NCBI GenBank assembly: GCA_964557415.1
Contig: CAZLBB010000015.1
Coordinates: 616-64,615, forward strand
Length of the DNA stretch: 64,000 nucleotides
From: an uncultured Rhodospirillaceae bacterium
GTDB lineage: Bacteria > Pseudomonadota > Alphaproteobacteria > JAEULC01
Direction: 5' to 3'
Shown: positions 58,329 to 64,000 of the stretch, in pieces
Numbering within the stretch: the stretch's first letter is position 1
How the letters are laid out: each line of letters opens with the position of its first letter
Made by a program: the position numbers and the translations under genes
Notes under the pieces: generated by a model
Seen by the model: the letters and a program-made list of their open reading frames with translations, nothing else
The model's database searches: none
What the model was told of the DNA's origin: nothing

Positions 58329-58949
58329 CTACCGCCGCCGCGGATAGATGATGATCGACAGGTACTGCATCGGCACGTCGATCAGCTCTTCCGGCCCGTG
58401 CGGCGCGGCGGCGTCGAAGAACAGCGCGTCGCCCGGCTCGAGCAGGTAGAGCCGGTCGGCGTGGCGGTAGCGTACGCTTCCCGACAGCATGTAGATGAAC
58501 TCGACGCCGGCATGGCGGAAATGCGGGTACGGCTCGGCGTCCCGGCGCAGCGTGATCAGGTAGGGCTCGACGTTGACGTCGCCGGCAAGCGAATGGCCAA
58601 GCAGGTCGTAGAGATGCCCGGCCTTGGTGCCGCGCCGCTCGATGCGCACGCCGGTGCCGGCCTTGACGAACGAGCAGTCGCGATGCCCGTCGTCCTCGGT
58701 GAACAGCCGCCCGACCGGGACGTTGAGCGCGGCGCTCAGCGCCTCGAGCGTCGCCAGCGACGGCGAGATGCCGCCGTTCTCGATCTTCGACAGCATGCCG
58801 GGCGAGATCGACGCCGCGTCGGCCAGCTCGGACAAGGTCAGGTCGAGCGCGCGCCGGAGCCGCCGCACCTCGCCGCCGATGCGCGACTCGAGCGACCGCG
58901 GCTGCGCCTCGCTCGGCGCCCGCGAGCCGGTCTTCAGCGCGCGTACCAT
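58329..58949 (-). CDS. XRE-family HTH regulator with C-terminal cupin domain
   Basis: 206-aa C-terminal part of track ORF 58329..59966 from MVRALKTGS; HTH LSELADAASISPGMLSKIENG; cupin region. Confidence 0.75.
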   Translation of the reverse strand: MVRALKTGSRAPSEAQPRSLESRIGGEVRRLRRALDLTLSELADAASISPGMLSKIENGGISPSLATLEALSAALNVPVGRLFTEDDGHRDCSFVKAGTGVRIERRGTKAGHLYDLLGHSLAGDVNVEPYLITLRRDAEPYPHFRHAGVEFIYMLSGSVRYRHADRLYLLEPGDALFFDAAAPHGPEELIDVPMQYLSIIIYPRRR

Positions 58950-59042
58950 GGCCTCTCCTTCGCACGCCGTAGATTTCCTATCAAGAAAAAAACATTCCCT
59001 GGGATTGACTTCGCCGAACCGGCCGTGGCAGGTTCTTCGGCC

Positions 59043-59969
59043 ATGTGCGGGATCGTCGGTCTGTTCCTCAAGGATGCGCGGCTGGAAACGCAGCTCGGCG
59101 GGCTGCTCGCCGGCATGCTCGGCACGATGTGCGATCGCGGGCCGGACTCGGCGGGCTTCGCCGTCTACGGGCCCGAGCGCGCGGACACGCTCAAGCTGAC
59201 CCTGCGCGGGCCGGCCGGCTGCGATCTTCATGGCTTGGCGAAGGCGCTGCAGGCGGCGGCAGGAGGCAAGCTCGCCCATGTCGTGCGCGACACGCACATG
59301 GTCGTGACCGTGCCGGCCGGGTCGGAGCAGGCCGTCCGCGACCAGCTCGCCGCGGCGGCGCCGCAGGTCGCGGTGGTCGGCGTCGGGCGGCGCATGGAGA
59401 TCTTCAAGGAGGTCGGCCGGCCCGACCGCGTGGCCGATCGCTTCGGCCTGCCCGGCATGGGCGGCACGCACGCGATCGGCCACACGCGCATGGCGACCGA
59501 ATCGGCGGTGACCATCGACGGCGCGCATCCCTTCACGACCGGCGCCGACCAGTGCCTGGTGCACAACGGCTCGCTGTCGAACCACAACGCGGTCAGGCGC
59601 GAGCTGATGCGCGACGGACTCCGCTTCCGGACCGAGAACGATTCCGAGGTCGCCGCCGGCTACGTGACCTGGCGCATGCGCCAGGGCATGACGCTCAGCC
59701 AGGCGCTGGAGCGGTCGCTCGCCGATCTCGACGGGTTCTTCACCTTCGTCATCGGCACCGAATCCGGCTTCGCCGTGCTGCGCGACCCGATCGCCTGCAA
59801 GCCGGCGGTGCTGGCCGAGACCGACCGCTATGTCGCCTTCGGCACGGAGTACCGCGCCCTGGTCGACCTGCCGGGGATCGAGCAGGCGCAGGTGTGGGAG
59901 CCGGAGCCCGCGACGGTGTACGCCTGGGAGCGGGAGTCGGCGACCGGGCATCGCGCGGAGAGGCATTGA
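59043..59969 (+). CDS. mgsA: class II glutamine amidotransferase-domain protein (N-methylglutamate synthase subunit A-like)
   Basis: In-frame part of track ORF 58398..59969 from MCGIVGLF (N-terminal Cys nucleophile); context with GXGXG and FMN-GltS genes. Confidence 0.75.
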   Translation: MCGIVGLFLKDARLETQLGGLLAGMLGTMCDRGPDSAGFAVYGPERADTLKLTLRGPAGCDLHGLAKALQAAAGGKLAHVVRDTHMVVTVPAGSEQAVRDQLAAAAPQVAVVGVGRRMEIFKEVGRPDRVADRFGLPGMGGTHAIGHTRMATESAVTIDGAHPFTTGADQCLVHNGSLSNHNAVRRELMRDGLRFRTENDSEVAAGYVTWRMRQGMTLSQALERSLADLDGFFTFVIGTESGFAVLRDPIACKPAVLAETDRYVAFGTEYRALVDLPGIEQAQVWEPEPATVYAWERESATGHRAERH

Positions 59970-60655
59970 TGCCGAGCGTCGACCTGGCCGCGACCTCCTT
60001 GCGCGAGCTGAACGCCGCGCTGCACCGCATCGGGCCGCACAGCAACGAGACGTACTGGCGCATCCTCAATCCGCGCGGCCAGCATGCCGTCGCTGCCGGC
60101 ATCGACGCACCCATCGCCGTCGAGGTCGAGGGCCATGTCGGCTACTACTGCGCCGGCATGAACAAGCAGGCGACCGTGGTCATCCACGGCAATGCCGGGC
60201 AGGGCGTGGCCGAGAACATGATGTCCGGCCAGGTGCACGTGAAGGGCGACGTGTCGCAGGCCGCCGGCGCCACCGGCTGCGGCGGGCTGCTCGTGGTCGA
60301 CGGCAACGCCTCGGCGCGGTGCGGCATCTCGATGAAGGGCATCGATATCGTCGTGAAGGGCTCGGTCGGGCATCTCTCCGCCTTCATGGCCCAGGCCGGC
60401 AGCCTGGTCGTGCTCGGCGACGCCGGCGACGCGCTCGGCGATTCGATCTACGAGGCGCGGCTCTACGTGCGCGGCGCGGTCAAGAGCCTCGGCGCCGACT
60501 GCGTCGAGAAGAAGATGACCGACCATCACAAGGGCAAGCTCGCGCGGCTGCTCGGCGCGGCGGGTGTCTCGGGCATCGATATCGGGTCGTTCCGCCGCTA
60601 CGGCTCGGCGCGCAAGCTCTATCACTTCCACATCGACAACGTCGGGTCCTACTGA
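59969..60655 (+). CDS. mgsB: GXGXG-domain protein (glutamate synthase alpha C-terminal domain-like; N-methylglutamate synthase subunit B-like)
   Basis: In-frame part of track ORF 59045..60655 from MPSVDLAATS; repeated GxGxG beta-helix motifs (HGNAGQG, GDVSQAAG, KGSVGH). Confidence 0.75.
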   Translation: MPSVDLAATSLRELNAALHRIGPHSNETYWRILNPRGQHAVAAGIDAPIAVEVEGHVGYYCAGMNKQATVVIHGNAGQGVAENMMSGQVHVKGDVSQAAGATGCGGLLVVDGNASARCGISMKGIDIVVKGSVGHLSAFMAQAGSLVVLGDAGDALGDSIYEARLYVRGAVKSLGADCVEKKMTDHHKGKLARLLGAAGVSGIDIGSFRRYGSARKLYHFHIDNVGSY

Positions 60656-62001
60656 TGGACCAGCAGGACCGCCAGCGGGACCGATGGATCCACACGCCGC
60701 CGCGCCGGTCGGCGACGTTCGACGAGCACGCCATCGCCGAGATCCGGCGCGCCGCGGCGACCGGGCTCTACGACATCCGCGGCTTCGGCGCCAAGCGCCG
60801 CCTGCCGCATTTCGACGACCTGCTGTTCCTCGGCGCCTCGATCAGCCGCTATCCGCTCGAGGGCTATCGAGAGAAATGCGCGACCGAGGTCACCATCGGC
60901 ACGCGCTTCGCGAAGAAGCCGATCACGCTCAAGACCCCGATCACCATCGCCGGCATGAGCTTCGGCTCGCTGTCGGCCCAGGCCAAGGAGGCGCTCGGCC
61001 GCGGCGCCAGCGCCGTCGGCACCTCGACCACGACCGGCGACGGCGGCATGACGCCCGAGGAGCGCGAGCACTCCGCGACGCTGGTCTACCAGGTCCTGCC
61101 GTCGCGCTACGGCATGAACCCGGACGACCTGCGCAAGGCGGATGCGATCGAGGTCGTGGTCGGGCAGGGCGCCAAGCCGGGCGGGGGCGGCATGCTGCTG
61201 GGGCAGAAGATCTCCGCCCGCGTCGCCGCGATGCGCACCCTGCCCGAAGGCATCGACCAGCGCTCGGCCTGCCGCCATCCCGACTGGACCGGCCCGGACG
61301 ACCTCGAGATCAAGATCCACGAGCTGCGCGAGATCACCGACTGGGAGAAGCCCGTCTACGTCAAGGTCGGCGCGTCGCGGCCGTATTACGACACGGCGCT
61401 GGCGGTGAAGGCCGGCGCCGACGCGGTCGTGCTCGACGGCATGCAGGGCGGCACGGCGGCGACGCAGGACGTGTTCATCGAGCATGTCGGCATCCCCACG
61501 CTGGCCTCGATCCGTCCGGCGGCGCAGGCGCTGCAGGATCTGGGCATGCACCGCAAGGTGCAGCTGATCGTCTCGGGCGGCATCCGCAACGGCGCCGACG
61601 TGGCCAAGTGCCTCGCGCTCGGCGCCGACGCCGTGTCGATCGGCACGGCGGCGCTGATCGCGCTGGGCGACAACGACCCGCATCTGGAAGCCGAGTACAA
61701 CAGGCTCGGCACCACGGCCGGCGCCTATGACGACTGGCACGAGGGCCGCGACCCGGCCGGCATCACGACGCAGGACCCCGAGCTCGCGCGGCGCCTCGAC
61801 CCGGTCATGGCCGGGCGCAAGCTCGCCAACTACCTGTCCGTCCTGACGCTGGAGACGCAGACCATCGCGCGCGCCTGCGGCAAGTCGCACGTGCACAACC
61901 TCGAGCCCGAGGACCTGGTGGCGCTGACGATGGAGGCCGCCGCGATGGCGCGCGTGCCGCTCGCCGGCACCGACTGGATACCCGGGCAGACCGGACGCTG
62001 A
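60655..62001 (+). CDS. mgsC: FMN-dependent glutamate synthase-domain protein (N-methylglutamate synthase subunit C-like)
   Basis: In-frame part of track ORF 59830..62001 from MDQQDRQRDRW; GltS FMN-domain motifs (GMSFGSLS, GQGAKPGGGG, SGGIRNGADV). Confidence 0.8.
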   Translation: MDQQDRQRDRWIHTPPRRSATFDEHAIAEIRRAAATGLYDIRGFGAKRRLPHFDDLLFLGASISRYPLEGYREKCATEVTIGTRFAKKPITLKTPITIAGMSFGSLSAQAKEALGRGASAVGTSTTTGDGGMTPEEREHSATLVYQVLPSRYGMNPDDLRKADAIEVVVGQGAKPGGGGMLLGQKISARVAAMRTLPEGIDQRSACRHPDWTGPDDLEIKIHELREITDWEKPVYVKVGASRPYYDTALAVKAGADAVVLDGMQGGTAATQDVFIEHVGIPTLASIRPAAQALQDLGMHRKVQLIVSGGIRNGADVAKCLALGADAVSIGTAALIALGDNDPHLEAEYNRLGTTAGAYDDWHEGRDPAGITTQDPELARRLDPVMAGRKLANYLSVLTLETQTIARACGKSHVHNLEPEDLVALTMEAAAMARVPLAGTDWIPGQTGR

Positions 62002-62026
62002 TCATGAAGGGCAGGGGGACAGCATC

Positions 62027-63331
62027 ATGCCGTCACTGGCGGAGATCGCGAAGAAGCGCGGCATCAAGTACTACCTGATCTCGTTCGTCGACCTGTTCGG
62101 CACGCTGCGCGCCAAGCTGGTGCCGGCGGTGGCGATCGACGCCGTCGCCAAGGCGGGCGCCGGCTTTGCCGGCTTCGCCGCCTGGTTCGACATGACGCCG
62201 GCCGATCCCGATGTGCTGGCCATGCCCGATCCGTCGAGCCTGATCCAGCTGCCGTGGAAGCCCGAGGTCGGTTGGCTGGCAGCCGACCTGGTCATGGCCG
62301 GCAAGGAAGTGACGCAGAACCCGCGCCAGGTGCTGAAGCGCGTTGCCGCCGAGGCCGCCGGCCAGGGCTACGACCTGCGGACCGGCGTCGAGTGCGAGTA
62401 TTTCCTGATCACGCCGGACGGCGCGGCGATCGCCGACGGCGCCGACCAGCAGTCGAAGCCCTGCTACGACCAGCAGGCGCTGATGCGCCGCTATGACGTG
62501 GTGGCCGAGATCTGCGACGCCATGGTCGAACTCGGCTGGAAGCCGTACCAGAACGACCACGAGGACGCGAACGGCCAGTTCGAGATGAACTGGGAGTACG
62601 ACACGGCGCTGGTGACCGCCGACCGGCACGTCTTCTTCAAGTACATGGTCAAGTCGATCGCCGAGAAGCACGGTCTGCGCGCCACGTTCATGCCCAAGCC
62701 GTTCATCAACCTCACCGGCAACGGCTGCCACGTGCACGCCTCGGTATGGTCGACCAGGACCGGCAAGAACCTGTTCGACGACCCGAAGGGCGACCTTGGT
62801 CTGTCGGCGCTGGCCTACCAGTTCATGGGCGGCGTCATGCATTCCGCGCCGGCGCTGACGGCGATCGCCAACCCGACGGTCAACTCCTACAAGCGCATCA
62901 ACGCGCCGGTGACGCTGTCGGGCGCGACCTGGTCGCCCAACACGGTGACGCATGGCGGCAACAACCGCACGCACATGATCCGCGTGCCCGAAGGGGGCCG
63001 GTTCGAGCTGCGCCTGGCCGACGGCGCCGCCAATCCCTATCTGCTCCAGGCGGCCGTGCTGGTCGCCGGCCTCGACGGGATCAGGCACAAGCGCAGTCCG
63101 GGCAAGCGCCACGACATCAACATGTACATCGACGGCCACAAGGTGAAGGACGCCAAGAAGCTGCCGCTCAACCTGCTCGACGCGCTGCGCGCGCTGCAGG
63201 ATTCGTCCGTCCTGCAGGCCGGGCTCGGCAAGGACGTCGTCGCCTCCTACGTCAAGCTGCGCGAGGCCGACTGGAACGCCTATGCCCGTCACCTGACCGA
63301 CTGGGAGCGGCAGACGACGCTGGATTGCTGA
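62027..63331 (+). CDS. gmaS: glutamine synthetase type III-like protein; gamma-glutamylmethylamide synthetase by context
   Basis: Track ORF, 434 aa; GS catalytic-domain motifs; immediately follows mgsABC. Confidence 0.8.
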   Translation: MPSLAEIAKKRGIKYYLISFVDLFGTLRAKLVPAVAIDAVAKAGAGFAGFAAWFDMTPADPDVLAMPDPSSLIQLPWKPEVGWLAADLVMAGKEVTQNPRQVLKRVAAEAAGQGYDLRTGVECEYFLITPDGAAIADGADQQSKPCYDQQALMRRYDVVAEICDAMVELGWKPYQNDHEDANGQFEMNWEYDTALVTADRHVFFKYMVKSIAEKHGLRATFMPKPFINLTGNGCHVHASVWSTRTGKNLFDDPKGDLGLSALAYQFMGGVMHSAPALTAIANPTVNSYKRINAPVTLSGATWSPNTVTHGGNNRTHMIRVPEGGRFELRLADGAANPYLLQAAVLVAGLDGIRHKRSPGKRHDINMYIDGHKVKDAKKLPLNLLDALRALQDSSVLQAGLGKDVVASYVKLREADWNAYARHLTDWERQTTLDC

Positions 63332-63398
63332 CGCACCGCCTGGCGGGCGATAATGGAGTGGCCCGGCAATTCTGCCGCCGATCTTCAGCGAGGCCCCC

Positions 63399-63725
63399 GT
63401 GATCTACGAGCTCCGCATCTACCACTGCGCCCCCGGGCGCCTGCCCGCGCTGCTGCAGCGTTTCGAGAAGGTGACGCTCGCGATGTGGCAGAAGCACGGC
63501 ATCCGCCAGGCCGGGTTCTGGACCGTGCAGATCGGCGAATCGAACCACGACCTCTACTACATGCTGCAATGGGAATCGCTGGCCGAGCGCGAGAAGAAGT
63601 GGAACGGCTTCATGGCCGATCCCGACTGGGTCAAGGCGCGGGCCGAGAGCGAGCGCGACGGGCCGATCCTCGCCTCGGTCAGCAACCTGATCCTGCAGCC
63701 GACCTCCTTCTCCTCGGTGAAGTGA
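63399..63725 (+). CDS. NIPSNAP-family protein
   Basis: Track ORF, 108 aa; MIYELRIYHCAPGRLPALLQRFEK typical NIPSNAP N-terminus. Confidence 0.7.
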   Translation: MIYELRIYHCAPGRLPALLQRFEKVTLAMWQKHGIRQAGFWTVQIGESNHDLYYMLQWESLAEREKKWNGFMADPDWVKARAESERDGPILASVSNLILQPTSFSSVK

Positions 63726-63726
63726 C

Positions 63727-64000
63727 ATGCGGGCGGCGCGGCACCTGATCGGCATCGCGGCCTGCCTCGTCCTGCCGCTCGCCGCCTCCTCGGCCGCGTC
63801 GCTCGGCGACGCCGAGATCGCCGCGGGGCTCAAGGAGGCGCTGCGGCTGGGCAGCGAGCGCGTGATCGGCACGCTCGGCCGCGTCGACGGCTTCAACAAG
63901 TCGCCCGACGTGCACATCCCGCTGCCGGGACCGCTGCAGACCGCGCGCAAGGTGCTGGACGCGGTCGGCGCCGGCTACCTGGCCGACGACCTGGAGCTGC
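63727..64000 (+). CDS. secreted protein, DUF4197-like (partial, 3' end beyond window)
   Basis: ATG at 63727, not in track (no stop); signal peptide MRAARHLIGIAACLVLPLAASSAAS then LGDAEIAAGLKEALRLGSERVIGTLGRVDGFNKSPDVHIPLP. Confidence 0.5.
   Translation, partial: MRAARHLIGIAACLVLPLAASSAASLGDAEIAAGLKEALRLGSERVIGTLGRVDGFNKSPDVHIPLPGPLQTARKVLDAVGAGYLADDLEL

Noticed and set aside
63331-63399. intrinsic terminator after gmaS
   Set aside because: Only a short 4-5 bp GC stem (CCGCC..GGCGG-like) without U-tract; too weak to call.

Overview
This is a 64 kb, gene-dense, very high-GC (~70%) bacterial chromosome segment. Gene content suggests a proteobacterial methylotroph/denitrifier (alphaproteobacterium-like), but that is inference. 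No rRNA, tRNA, CRISPR, transposase or integrase was seen. Most long track ORFs lying antisense to the genes listed below are high-GC shadow ORFs (R/A/G/P-rich, no fold-like sequence).

Layout:
(1) 1-16.7 kb is a single co-directional minus-strand array. It starts, at the high-coordinate end, with a copper module: two paralogous small secreted Cys-rich proteins, a His-rich small secreted protein, an outer-membrane factor (OMF) lipoprotein, a multicopper oxidase, a cupredoxin, and CusF/CusB/CusA. It continues 140 nt downstream of cusA into an Mrp/Mnh-type cation/proton antiporter-like module with non-canonical, archaeal Mbh/Mnh-module-like gene order (E-F-G-B'-B-C-D-D-small 2TM-D). This module lacks an MrpA fusion gene and runs off the window start.
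(2) 17-22.4 kb holds a class II aldolase plus AstE/AspA-family deacylase pair, convergent on an Ldh2 + N,N-dimethylformamidase (small+large subunit)-like operon.
(3) 22.5-36 kb holds a 2-hydroxyacid dehydrogenase and two tandem paralogous Dpp/Opp-type ABC importers (the first with an MlrC-like M81 peptidase). The 3' ends of the two DppF genes are nearly nucleotide-identical.
(4) 36-44.6 kb holds a QsuR-like LysR regulator, a HAAT(Liv)-type ABC importer, a quinate/shikimate dehydrogenase and a fused 3-dehydroshikimate dehydratase (QuiC/QsuB). A REP-like G/C palindromic element sits between the SBP and permease genes.
(5) 44.7-46.6 kb holds an MsbA-like ABC exporter.
(6) 46.8-58.3 kb holds narK1-narK2-narGHJI-ppiC-nnrS with two FNR/Dnr-type boxes upstream.
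(7) 58.3-64 kb holds an XRE-cupin regulator divergent from the N-methylglutamate pathway genes mgsABC-gmaS, then NIPSNAP and a partial DUF4197-like gene.

Stop/start ATGA or GTGA overlaps (translational coupling) are pervasive.
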